A stretch of DNA of 64,000 nucleotides, taken from the NCBI RefSeq assembly GCF_006345805.1, contig NC_042997.1:84320001-84384000 (forward strand), read 5' to 3'. Shown in pieces: positions 1 through 12,584 of this stretch. The notes beneath the pieces are model-generated. The model was not told the DNA's origin and did not search any database. It saw nothing but the letters and a program-made list of their open reading frames with translations. Positions within the stretch are counted from its first letter, which is position 1. The number at the start of each line of letters is the position of its first letter. The DNA is from Octopus sinensis (lineage: Eukaryota). The translations under genes and the position numbers were made by a program.

Positions 1-870
1 ATAAAGAGGAAAAAACAATTTTTAGTGAGGAAATATAACTATTTCTATACGATATTAATCATGTTTAATTGCATTAAACATGGCTTCTGGCCTTAAAAGT
101 ATATATGTGACTCAAAAAACTTAAAATAAAATCCTTGTTGTTGCATATTTATAAAACTTCATCGAAACTTTAAAAAGTGCACCCTTACCTACTATTGCAC
201 TTGTACAGTTTTGACCGAATTCTCAGAACTCTTCTCCCATAACAAATCTCCTCTCATATTTTGCAGAGACAAGGCATCCAACTTGTCTCGTGCTATTTGT
301 TGTGCAAGGATTTTTAATAATTCAAATGTGACGCCAAAGCTATCTCACGTTTGTGCCATACACTGGAACAACGGGAAATGAAGTGTCTTACTCAAGGTTT
401 CATATATGCATACACACACGCACGCATATACCTATACATAAATATATATACATATACATATATATGTATATGCATATATGCATACGCATACATACAAGTA
501 TGTGTGTGTGTATGTATATATGTATGTACGTATGCTTATGTTGGTTTGTGGTGTGTGAGATGAATGAGAGGATTACTGAGAATATAGAGAATATAATATT
601 TTGCATTGGAAATGGAACTGAGATTGTCTCGTGACTCTAGTTTCATGACACTGCGATCTTCAGGTGAGAACTCTTATAACTCAGTATTGGTGGTGTATTT
701 ATATACTTTTGTGTTAGAGGTTAATGCTTCTATTTGTTCACCGGTTACTTTTCCTCTTGATAGATTATGCAGTGTTTTTCTCGTCTCTCTACTGGTGGAT
801 TATGCACTTTTGTAATGTCATTAAATTGCTTCGAATTGCTGAGCCGCTGATAGTGTAGTTTTCTTTATCG

Positions 871-932
<62 letters not shown>

Positions 933-965
933 CGTGTGTGTGTGTGTGCGTGCGTGCGTGTGTGC

Positions 966-1004
<39 letters not shown>

Positions 1005-1010
1005 TGCGCT
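871..1010. repeat. Compound (TA)/(TG)/(TGCG) microsatellite
   Basis: Directly visible; it explains ORFs 821..1102 and 884..1120. Confidence 0.95.
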
Positions 1011-1029
1011 CGCATTTGTTTGTAAAGAG

Positions 1030-3650
1030 CATCAACAGGAATCGCAGCAGCTATAAATACAGCAACAACTGCAACAACAACAATTACTGGATCTATATTC
1101 AAAGTCTAAAAATGAGGTAAGTTTGTTTTCGCCAGACGGCATTTCAAACTCGATTAATGAACTCACTTATAACCCAGAGGAGGTTATAATTTTTGCATCG
1201 TACTACAGATGGAACGAGGAGATTTTTTAATCAAGATTGCAAATCATGGTCGGACGAACCAAAAGTGAGATCGTTATTGCGAAAATTAGCTCCGTTAGAG
1301 CATGAACGTTACTGTAATTTCACATTGCCCCCAAAACACAATGAAATTTGTTTTATAGAAACAATAGAATTACTGCCTAACATATTCGGTGATAAAACTT
1401 CTCTATTTAACACTCGAATGGAGTGTTGGAATATAACGAAAAAATAAAATGATGATTTTATCACATACACAGGAACAGTCAATAGGATGTGTGAAAGTTT
1501 CAAACTTACACCTGAATGTTCAAATGTCTTATTTTCGTACAAGGCCTTACAGCAAGCGAAGCTACAGAAATTCGGGCAAGAACAAGCGAACCAAGATCCT
1601 ACATTACTGTCCGTGGCAGACGAATGTCAAAGGATGGTAAACCTGAAACACGATGTAGAATAAATACAAGAAAAAGATTCCTCAAAAATACAGATATGCC
1701 GACCAGAAAAAAGTACAACCAAAAAAGAGCGTCACGTCCTAATCCATGTTATGGATGTGGGGGCATACATTTCAGAAAAGACTGCCCATTTAAAAATCAA
1801 AAATGTTACAGTTGCAAAAGATTTGGTTACAAGAGTCATATTGCAGAACAAAATTACGAAGGTCAAACGTTAAAAATCCTAAAGTGCTCTCAGCAGAAAC
1901 AAAGATCGACTCCAAATAAGAAAATTCGTACACATAAAAATAAATGAGATACATATTAAACATCAATTGGATACTGGAAGTGATATTTCAAAAATAAATA
2001 TGGACACATGGAAGAAAATAGGAAAGTCTATGTTGAGAAAAACAGCGAAATCTGCTCGTAGAATGACAAATTACGTTTCATTGGCGAAATGTGGACTAAT
2101 GTCACATTTCGAGGGAAAATATGCAAAGCAACAGTCTTTGTTGTTAAAAATGCAACCGATCTGTCTGGTACCGATTGAATAGAATTATTCGATTTATAGG
2201 ATCTCCCCATAAATCTCTATTGTAAAAACGTAAATGGCTGTCCCTCTGAAAACAATTCGTCTGAAGAGTTAAAGAAAAAAAATTTAAAAACTGTTTCCGC
2301 AAGTACTCTCGGACAAAATAGGCCTATGCTCGGAAACTGAGAACCCCTGGTCCAGGATACATATTGACTATGCTGGACCAGTGAACGGCACCTACTATCT
2401 AATCGTTGTGAATAGCTATACAGAGTGGCCAAAGATATGCAGATGTTATAAACCCACAGCAAAGACAACAATAAAGTTCCTACTCGAGTTATTTGCTCGA
2501 TACGGAGTTCCAGACACATTTGCTCAGATAATGGAACGCTATTCACGGGATATGAATTAAGAAATTTCTGTAAAATACATGCCATAAAGCACATTTTTAC
2601 CCCGCCCTACCACCCAAAGTCAAATGGGCAGGCGGAAAGGTTTATCAACACGTTCAAAAGATCTCTAAGTAAAGTTAGGAAGTAGCTAGATAATGACGAG
2701 GCACCTACGAAATTTTGAGAGTATATAGAATAATGCCAAATCCAAATACTAATTCAGAAAAGTTAGCAGCAGAGTTAATGTTCTCGTGTAAAATAAAATC
2801 GATCTTCGATAAATTATTGCCAGGAAAAATACATATAAAGGAAAGACAAAAAAAAAAAAAAATTTGAAGAGAATAAAAGAAATATTACAAAACATTTCGA
2901 AGTAGGAGATAAAGTTTATTCAAAAAATTACAAAAATGGTAAAGAAGGTTGGGAGGATGGCTGTGTAATCAAAAGATTAAGTAATGTGATGTATTTAATT
3001 AAAGGACAACATTCAGAACATAAGAGACACCTTAACCAGTTAAAGATGATACATACAGAAGGACCAAGGGCAATACCAATGGAAGTCTTCTATGATATGC
3101 CAGCACCGAGTGATATTGAACCCCGTAGAGCTAGCTTCAGAAAACGAAAACACTGAATATCTGGAAGCAATACCTTAGCGAAAAAGATATTAAAAAGAAA
3201 AAAAAAACACTCAGAGTGCCAACAAGAATGCTTAGTACAATGAAAAAGAAAAGTGGTGTGTGCAACGAACAATGCTACCTTAAAAGCCAGGCAACCCCTA
3301 AGATACAACAGCTATGAAAAAAGAGGGAGAGGTACTGGAAAGAAAAACAAATATAAAAGTAATTCCACTTTCTCACAGTAATCAAAATCTCAAAAAGGGG
3401 AGATGTGATTGTGAGTTAGACTGCGGGAGATAGACTTGTCCGAGTAAAGTATAGATAGTAACGATCCGAGTGGGTTCGAAGGTTCAGAGTTCGGAGTCGA
3501 GTAAAGTTCGTGTTAGTTCGCAGTGAAGTCAGAAGGTGTCGGCTGGTTAGTTCACAAGGAATATTAATTGTTGGTTCGTAAAGAGATTTGTTAGTTCATT
3601 ACATTGCTTTTACTGTTGTCTTATTGTACGTAACAGATTACGATACAACA
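1030..3650 (+). mobile_element. Degenerate Ty3/Gypsy LTR retrotransposon (gag-protease-[RT/RNase H deleted]-integrase-3' LTR)
   Basis: Gag-like frames (ELTYNPEE..., DEPKVRSLLRKLAPLEHERY) and two zinc knuckles (CYGCGGIHFRKDC, CYSCKRFGYKSH). Protease motif LDTGSD at ~1965. Integrase core PWSRIHIDYAGP...DNG...TPPYHPKSNGQAERF at ~2345-2640. Polypurine tract aaaaaggggaga at 3392-3403 is followed by a TG-starting LTR. Many stops and frameshifts. Confidence 0.92.
3404..3650 (+). repeat. 3' LTR of the Gypsy element (no 5' LTR seen)
   Basis: Starts TGT directly after the PPT and ends in ...taaca (3635) or ...acaaca (3650) before a (CATA)n tract. No matching copy upstream of gag. Confidence 0.65.
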
Positions 3651-5600
3651 CATACATACATACATACATACATACATACATACATACATACATACATACG
3701 TACATGCATACATGTTAATGTCTCCATCTTCACAGATGATTGCTGTTTCCTAGTACTTCCTCGTTGTCAAAGGTATGTCTGACTTTCCATCCATGACCCC
3801 TCGGGTGACTATTCACTCCCCTTGTAGATTCGCATTGTTTGGAGCATAGATACAGAAGAAATTTGTAACTTATTGTGTGCTTCCAACTGGTTGTGTCTGA
3901 ACACGTCACCACTTTCCATTGCTATAGGACATTCAGTAGATTGAATGACGAATATGGTCACCATTAAGTGACAATTGTACGTGACCGGATTATAGTGATA
4001 AACGTTTGTATCACACAAATACCACTCTCTGAGTCTCTGTGTTTAGTACCGAGTGACAGATAGAAACGAGATGATATGAAGCTGCAGGCATTACATCTGT
4101 GTGTCCCTCTTCTAGAAGGATGCTGCAACAACAACTAGGGCCCCCTCACTCTTGGAGTCTTGCTACACGCCCTGACACCAACCAAGAGCATTTCTGCTCT
4201 CCTGCGCTGAGATGGATTGTCACCTCATATGCTAATTAGCTGCATATCCGGTAGTGGGGCTCTGTTTAAAGAGTTCCAGAGTTCTGAGGAGTGTGAAACC
4301 ACCTTTTATACATTATTGTTTTCAGGTGTACTCTGACTCAGAACAGTAGAACCTGTCAGAAACCCAAATAGTAGTTAGCACACACACACACATACACGAT
4401 GGCTGTTTACTCGTGATGGATTACCGTTGTCCATGCAAAATGTCAGCAATGTTTGATGCCTTCCTACTTGAGCGGAAAATTGCCTCGCAATTGCAATTTT
4501 CCTAAAGTTTTAGGTCCAATAAGACTTGCACAACACCTCACAGACCCTCTCCACCCTATAAACATGGTCTAGGGACAAGCTAGGGTGAGATATCCATCTA
4601 TCTGTCCGTCCGCCCATCCATCCATCCATCCATCCATCCATCCATCACCCCCACATACGTACGTATATTCATTCATATTACGACTGAAGTCTGTCAGATG
4701 AATTCTAACTTCTATTCAATTGAGGAAGGGTATATTATGTTATAAAGATATATATTCTACACAATAATTCATCGCATCGACTGTAACATAAACATTCTCA
4801 CAATAAGGTGTGCATGGTTTTCAACTGTACCAAAGTGAAAAGGATTTAAACAGGACAAACCCGCGGTACTTTCATTTATTAAATCAATAGGTTCATCATA
4901 TTCTGTTCAAACAGAATATGATGAAAGAGTGGTTAACACACCTTTTTGTGTATCAGTGACTACTTTGCTCAATACCAGTTCATATAAGAAAATAAGATGC
5001 AATTTGTAAAAGACTTGGTTACTATTTCTGGCAACGTGTTTGGCAATCATTTTTTACGAAGCTCTTCAGTGAATATCAAAATTATGATAGCAAGATGTGT
5101 TTTGAAAAAGACCTAGCTACTATCTCTAGCAAGTCATAGGCTCTCCCTTTGGTATACAACAAGTTAGTTTGTCATCAGAGGCGATAAATAATTCCATACG
5201 CAACATTTCGCTGAATATTTAAATACACAGGAGACTGCTACAATCCAATGTGCTTTGAAGACCTCTGATTATTTGTTTGTTTTTCATTTATAATTTCGAT
5301 AATATTTAATGTTTAATTTCTTCATATTTGTATTGAATTAATTTCTTCATATTTATAATAAATCTATTTCCTCGTGTTTGTATTAAATCAAATTCTCCAT
5401 TGTGTTTTCTGTTGTCTTTTCTGTTTATCAATAGAAACTCGCTGTTTGAAGAACTCTCGCATTGTCACAATCTGTTTGGCCGACGTTTTGACTATTATGT
5501 GACTTGCTTTGGGTTCTTAAGGAATTGCTATGTCTATATGTATGTATGTGTGTATGTATGTATGTATGTATGTATGTATGTATGTATGTATGTATGTATG

Positions 5601-5672
5601 CATATATGTATGTATACTTGGATACATGTATATATGCATATATGTATGCATACTTGGATACATGTATATATG
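5601..5672. repeat. 36-bp tandem duplication inside a (TATG)n tract
   Basis: catatatgtatg(t/c)atacttggatacatgtatatatg occurs twice (5601-5636, 5637-5672) with one mismatch. Confidence 0.85.
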
Positions 5673-5700
5673 CATGTATAAATACATGTGTGTGTATCAG

Positions 5701-6180
5701 TATCTGTCACTCCTGGATGAGACTGGGGGCGAGTTGTTTCGCCCCTCTATGACTTTCAGGTGTTTTAATACCCAGTACCCTGAGGGAGCACTGTGTGAAG
5801 AAGCAAAATACATACATTGAGCATGTGCAGTCGATAATGTTACAAACACTGACGCTGCTTTTTATCCGTAATTGAATTTAAGCTGATGTATGCATCGTCA
5901 TGACATACCAGAAAATGGTTCTTACACTATTTGTATATACTCATAGACGGCTGATTCAGTTCGTCCCCGTTTGATTCAGGTACTTGATGTTGATAAACCA
6001 CAAAAATGTCGAAATGTCGGTATCTATTACTCCTGAATGGAATCGGTGGCAAGTTCTTTCGACTTTTTATGACTTTCAGGGGTTTTAACATCCAGTATTA
6101 CAAGGAAATCGTCCCCAAAACGCTACACCGCAGCGAATCGGCGAACAAGAAAGCTCATACATTGGGTTTGTGCAGTCGAT
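5701..6180 (+). repeat. Diverged direct repeat pair (5701-5834 and 6021-6180), unknown origin
   Basis: Shared blocks in the same order: tatct..actcctg, tatgactttcagg, ttttaa..ccagta, catacattg, tgtgcagtcgat. Confidence 0.75.
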
Positions 6181-6225
6181 TGTATACACACACATATATA
6201 CTCACACACACACACACATACATAT

Positions 6226-6332
6226 TTTCTTTTATTCTTTTTAGACATTTGACTGCGGCCATGCTGGAGCACCGTCTTAAAGGAGTTTTAGTCGAAGAAA
6301 TCGAACCCAGGACTTATTCTTTGTAAGCCTAG
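6226..6332 (-). mobile_element. SINE family A, 3' fragment
   Basis: catttgactgcggccatgctggagcacc...ggacttattctttgtaagcct matches the 3' part of the longer copies at 26416 and 59582. Confidence 0.8.
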
Positions 6333-6429
6333 CTAGTTGAGGAAGGGAAAGAAAGGCGGGTGTGAAGAATACGTAGCTTTAAGGAGAGAGGTGATAGGTG
6401 ACTTTTCTGCTTTCCATCACACACAAATT

Positions 6430-6910
6430 TTCAAATTTGGTATATTGCAATAATTGTCAACGTTAAATCCGATTTTGTTAATTATTTGTTCCAGAAAAAT
6501 TGCAGAAAAATGTTACTGCGGTTTAAAGTTTAATCAATTTTACCTAATCAAGATTTGGAAGATGGCATTTTCTGCATGATAGCTACCACAAAATGAAAAC
6601 AAAATCATTACGAGGAGGAATTTTTATTAAACAAACGAAAGCAAAGCATTACGACGCCCGAAGTTGTAAGAACTTCTGAAGTTTCAATAAGTTTTAATGA
6701 ATAAGGTCATGCAAAACGTTCGAAGAGATATGTAAATAATTTAAAAAGGAAAAGAATCCTCAACGAAGTTTTTTATGCCAAAAATTGCACAAATCTGCCC
6801 TGATCAAGAGGTCTATCTGTTGGGGAAGGCATGGTATGACATAGCATAAGCAAAAATTTATATAAGACATTCTATTGTAAAAACTGCCCGAAAGGCTCTT
6901 CAGCTAGCGT
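6430..6910 (+). mobile_element. Possible piggyBac-like transposase C-terminal remnant
   Basis: YKTFYCKNCPKG at ~6861-6895 resembles the piggyBac C-terminal cysteine-rich domain; the rest is too decayed to align by eye. Confidence 0.3.
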
Positions 6911-7024
6911 GTATATATGCATACATATATATATAGCAAAAATTTAGATTCAGATGAATTAGGTACTTGAGGCACCAGAATTTAGTACGGAATTATCCAT
7001 ACAGTTTCAAAAAAAGGTGATTAA

Positions 7025-8481
7025 AATCAAAATAAGCAAAAGGATATCTAGAGGTAAAGCAGTACGATCGTTTCAAGCGACTCCACTTAATTGAACAATG
7101 CACCCATTACATCAAATTAAAAAGTGTTCCACCCTCCAGACCTTAGTATTTATAAGGGCCTTTATGTAAGTAGCCCTTCTAATTAAGTACCCCTAAGAAA
7201 CTATAATATCATGTAAGGATTAACACTAATAACTTTTAAAACCTATAATATACCTCAAGATTAATTTGTCCTATAACATCGATATTCCTGTAGCTAATAC
7301 CAGGTATACATTTTTATTGATACAAACTAAATAAGTAAATATACAATTTTTAGTTTAAATACTTAAATTATTATACATTTTCTATAAATCTTCTCTATTG
7401 ATGTTAATAAGGTATATATACTTTATCATGGTTTTAGTGATTAAGCTATTTTATTCCTTCTCTATGGTGTTCTACCCTACCTGATCATTTTATTATTTTA
7501 TAATAGCCTCTATAAAATAAACTTAATTTTTGTACCCCTATAAATTCATATTTAGCTTATATAAAACAATACTGGTATCTTCACAACTTATAATAACCTG
7601 CTTAGATTATAATTTACTTAATATATAGTTAGTATGTTCTTTTGCCTCAGTACTTCTTTATCAAATACCAGTAAATGCCAATGATCAATCTTCATAGATA
7701 CCACCTAATAAGTTAGTATTTAAGTATATAATATGTATAAATATTAAACTATTTCTATGTAATTTCTTTTCCTCCCTCTATTGTGGTAAACTTTGGTATA
7801 TACTCAAAAGTATTCAAAAAGTTTTTATCCAATTGTCATAATATTCTTCTTAATAATCTTCTGAATAACCCTAGATTTTATCTTTATACAGTATGGCAAT
7901 ATTGTTTAAAATATTCAACTATAGTACCCCATGATAAAATTTCCCCTGTATTATCATCATTGGTTTACTAGAGGCTTGTCTCTTTAATTGTCAGCTACCA
8001 TCTTGATTTAAGATTTCCTTTACCAAATCTCATTATATTGCTTCAAATTAATCTTGATAGTTTTATGACTATACCCACTATGATTTCTGCCGACTCCCTC
8101 ACTCCCTTTCCTAACAGACACTGCTCCTTGTTCTTTGGCCTTATATTTTGATATACAGATTTGATAAACAAGACTATAAATTAAAACTGACTCCAAAAAA
8201 CAGTGACTAGCTAGATCTCTAACAAGTCTTTCTTCCCGATAGCTTCTAAGCTGAAGTGAAGACAGCATGTTCTTTGTCTATCTCCTTATCTTCTTGGAGG
8301 TTTTAGGTAAAATTATATTAATGTGTCCATCTATTTTAAGTCAATTTAATTCTATGTATTTACGCAGCTGAGGATTGCTCTGCATTTAAATCGATATCAT
8401 GGTCGCATTGTTCAATTCAATGGAGTCGCTTGAAACGATCGTACTGCATTACCTCTTGATATCCTGTTGCTTATTTTGATT
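7025..8481. repeat. 77-bp inverted repeat pair (7025-7101 / 8405-8481)
   Basis: The left arm and the reverse complement of the right arm differ at 5 of 77 positions by manual alignment. Confidence 0.9.
7110..8300 (-). mobile_element. Highly decayed R4/Dong-like LINE reverse transcriptase region
   Basis: Minus-strand remnants HLLVFDKEVLR (~7680-7645; cf. QLLIDKAVLK) and L*ILRSGGW (~7150-7125; cf. LYLPRKEGG) lie in the expected order. Confidence 0.4.
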
Positions 8482-8504
8482 ATATATATGTACTGAAGGT
8501 ACAA

Positions 8505-9480
8505 GAGTGAAAAGAAAGCATAAATGGATTAAGATAGATATTAAGTTTGATGTTTTAGACTGGCTTGATGTTAGAGAAAAAATATCAGCTACATTGCCAA
8601 AGCATTAAAGCTTGCAACGTTTATAAGAGCAGTACGTGACAATAGAGAGAACTGCTCGAAACATTTTTTCATAGATGCAATTTGATGCTTTAAATGGGTT
8701 TATGAATCGCAGATCTGACTCAACATATATTGATAAGCATAATGCCAATTAAAGAAGTCCTAACGGTTTGTATGACGATTTGCAGGAAAGGAGTGTGAAA
8801 CTTCTATTGAAAAACATTTTTCCAGAAACTAAAGGCTCTTTTGAAGGTTTAAGAAGCTCTTGAACTTGCACAACATAAAAATGACTTTTGAAGCAGCCAG
8901 TGCTGATATAAAAGCTGCTCCTAAGTCTCCCGAGAAGCTGCAGAAGAATGATTGCTGAAGGAGGTTATAGATCAGATAAGAATAACATATTGATGAAGCT
9001 CACGTCTGCTAGGACTTATATTTGTTGGGAAGAAAGATCAATACCAGGATTTAAAACATTCAAAAACCATCTGACGCTTCTTCTTGAGAGGAGAAGCCGC
9101 TGGTGATATGAAATTATAGCCCCTACTCATATATCACTCCGAAAATCAAACGTTGAACAGAAGAGTTACGCAAAGTTTAATTTGGTTCTGATTTGAAGTT
9201 CAAAGAAGGAGGGCATGGATGGACTAAGAAATCTTTTAAAGAGTGGTTTTCAGGCATTGTTTTGCTCTGCTGTAGCAAGGTACAGTGATAGACATAATAT
9301 TTCCAACATAGCATTGCTTTTTTTCGACAGCACACTCAGCCATCCAGTAAACATAAATGAGCTTTCTGATAATGTGAGAGTAAAATATATCCTCAAGAAT
9401 TCAACTTCTTTGTTCCAGCTAATGTATCAAGGTATGATAGCTAACTATGAGGGATATTATTTTTTTGAATTTACAAATAA
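8505..9480 (+). mobile_element. Tigger/pogo transposase remnant
   Basis: KRKHKWIKIDIKFDVLD (CENP-B-type HTH start), PGFKTFKNHLTLLL, AAGDMKL*PLLIYHSEN, FDSTLSHP and KNSTSLFQLMYQGMIA correspond to Tigger DDE motifs (PGFKASKDRLTLLL, KPMLIYHSEN, LDNAPGHP, TTSILQPMDQG). Disrupted by stops. Confidence 0.85.
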
Positions 9481-10132
9481 CTTGAGAAAGCAATTAACAG
9501 CGAGGAAAAACCGACAGTCAAGCAAACCAACGTGAGCCTTCACTTGTAGTTGATATTTTGTTCTGATCGAACAGGCGTAGCTAAAAAATGTCTGGCCATA
9601 ATCTTACGGTCCTTATGCATAATATCCAACAACGCATTATGAAGTGTATTCTCTATTTTCTTTAAGGAATTCCTAATGCGATTCTACTATTTTTTATTAT
9701 CTTTTTTTTGTTTAAGGTGATTTATGATAATATTCTCGTTGGGAAACTAAAGAATGATGGCATGGAGCAAGGTTATAATAATTACGGAGTATCTAGTGTG
9801 ACAAGATTTAAAAAAAAAATAAAAGAAGATAAAAGAAAATTAATAAATAAGCCAAACTGATGTGATGACATTTGAACAGTGAATACGAAGAATGTGGAAG
9901 CGGAACTCAAAGCAGCTGAACATTTCTGGAATTGTTTCTGAAAGAGATAACGATGTTGCAAGAAACATATATCATTTTGGTAGGTGCTCCCGAAAAAATT
10001 TAAAACAGACAACTCACTAAAATAAAACAAACAACACAAAACAAAACAAAAATACACATATAACATTGTTATCCTGCATCTGTTTGAATCAACTCCCGTT
10101 TCTATGTGCCTGAGTTTCCTTCTATCTAGATG

Positions 10133-10215
<83 letters not shown>

Positions 10216-10484
10216 GATTTCTCTAACTCTCTCTCTGACTGTCTTTTATCTATATCACATTCGCTCATACATGTACATGCACGTACGCGCACATGTGTAT
10301 ATGAATGTGTGCGTGTGCACGTGTGTGCAAAATATATATGATATAAATCTATGTATGAGCACGTATGTGTGTCTACTTTTTTTATATATAAGTATATACT
10401 TATGTATACTTATGTATACTTATGTATTATATATATATATTATATATATATTATATATATATTATATATATATATATATATATA

Positions 10485-10972
10485 ATATTAGGGAATAAAT
10501 CCAAATTTACAGGGAAAAATCAGATTTAGGATTAAATCCAATTTTATAGTAAAATATTATATAATATAATATTATATAATATAATATAATATAATATATA
10601 ATATAATTCGAGACAAAACCACTACTTTGCAAAACAAACAAGGAAAGACTTAATCAATACATAAAAATCTTTTAATATAAAGAAATTATATTATATATAT
10701 ATATATATATAGATATATATATATATATATATATCTATATATATATATATTATATATATATATATATATAATATTAGGGAATAAATCCAAATTTACAGGG
10801 AAAAATCAGATTTAGGATTAAATCCAATTTTATAGTAAAATATTATATAATATAATATTATATAATATAATATAATATAATATATAATATAATTCGAGAC
10901 AAAACCACTACTTTGCAAAACAAACAAGGAAAGACTTAATCAATACATAAAAATCTTTTAATATAAAGAAAT

Positions 10973-10980
<8 letters not shown>
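10485..10980 (+). repeat. Apparently exact ~210-bp direct duplication (10485-10694 / 10771-10980) between (TA)n tracts
   Basis: atattagggaataaatccaaatttacaggg...aatataaagaaattatattat is repeated at offset 286; I saw no differences. Confidence 0.92.
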
Positions 10981-11061
<81 letters not shown>

Positions 11062-11144
11062 TATATACACATAATATCAATAATATATATATGCATATAT
11101 ACATACGTATATGTACATACGTAGTATATATATATATGCATATG

Positions 11145-11480
11145 TGGGCACAGGACGTCATGAAGCGTGTACAAGAAAAAATACGAAGTACGAGTACATG
11201 GAATATGAACTATTTTTTCGAACAACGAAAGACACAAAAGGAAAACAAAACAAACAACATAAAGAATTACCCTTCATCAGTTGTTGGCTGTTTTTCTACT
11301 CTCGTATTTCGAGCATTTAACAATTATATATACTTTCGATAAAACAGTTGCTCCCGTAAAGCAAATTGAATAAAATCTGGGATTTTGCAGAGGGTCAAAA
11401 TTGGTAACAGAAACAGGACAGTGAAAAGAAACAGGAAGGGCTGCTAAGCCTAAACGAGGTTGTGGTGGCGAACGTGTAAA
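11145..11480 (-). mobile_element. Probable Penelope-like terminal fragment adjoining (TA)n
   Basis: Unique sequence begins at the edge of a (TA)-rich tract and contains ccttcatcag (CTGATGAAGG on the minus strand). Family assignment is from recall only. Confidence 0.3.
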
Positions 11481-11792
11481 TCAAGCTTGCACAGAAGACA
11501 GACAAGAACACGTCTTCTTTGTTCCAGCTACAATGGAGAGAAGAATAAAACACAAGTTAGAAGAAATAAAGATGGCCGATAGTTACGTTGGAGCCAAGTG
11601 TGCACGGAAGGAGGAGAGGGGGAGAGAGAGTGACAGAGTAATAGGATAAAATAGTGGGAGAAAAGGTGGTGAAAAAATAAGAGAGAGAAAGAAAAAACCG
11701 AAAGAGTAAAAAGATCGTATAGAGTGCGCATCAGAATTATTAAGATAAAACTTACTTGGAACAGGATGCATGACGTTAAATCATATAGTATT

Positions 11793-11860
<68 letters not shown>

Positions 11861-12124
11861 CATACACACACACGTGTGTGTGTTGGGGGCTTCGTGTGTG
11901 TGTGTGTGAAAAGATAACTGAATAAATACGTATGAGTGTATATCTACGTATATATAAATAAATATGCACACACACATACACACAAACACACGGAGACATT
12001 CACATACATATTCATTCCTACATGATATATAGAAAAGCAGGAATATATGAGTGTAATTCTCTGTATGTGTTAGGCTTATGCATCCGTACAAACGCAGACG
12101 AACTAAACGCATGCACATTTTCAA

Positions 12125-12482
12125 ATCCGTGCTTTAGTGAATCGAAAAGGAGTGATGTTTCATCAGGACAATGTGCGACCCCACACTGCAAAGATCGCAT
12201 CACAGAAGATCGAAGATCTTGGTTGGGAAAAAGATTTCTCATCCACCTTATTCTGCCGACCTTGCTCCTTCAGACTACCATTTGTTTCGTAGTTTACAGA
12301 ATCATTTGGGGGCCATAACTTTCGCAAGCCAGGATGAGGTTGAAACTGACATTTCAGAGTTCTTGAAGTCACAGATAATCAGAGAAAGTACATTGATGAT
12401 TAAATTTCAATTAAATATAACATTTGATATCACTTGTTTTCTTTATTCAAAATTCGAACAGAACTTATGGGATGACCTGATA
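12125..12482 (+). mobile_element. Mariner (DD34D) transposon 3' end with TIR
   Basis: RKGVMFHQDNVRPH, then HPPYSADLAPSDYHLFRSLQNHL (YSPDLAPSD motif). Ends ...gaacttatgggatgacctgaTA. Confidence 0.9.
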
Positions 12483-12539
12483 ATACACTTGAATGTTGTT
12501 CATACACGTGTCTTCGTCCTTTGTTATTCTACAAATTTC

Positions 12540-12584
<45 letters not shown>

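Noticed and set aside
1108-1123. Strong donor AG|GTAAGT
   Set aside because: It falls inside the Gypsy gag-like frame and has no supporting acceptor or exon.
5748-5795. SECIS-like ATGA plus helix (ctttcagg/cctgaggg)
   Set aside because: The helix is too short, the 3' GA quartet is out of register, the paralogous copy lacks the helix, and no selenoprotein gene is nearby.
11262-11300. CTGATGA on the minus strand as a hammerhead core
   Set aside because: No GAAA follows the putative stem II in this copy.
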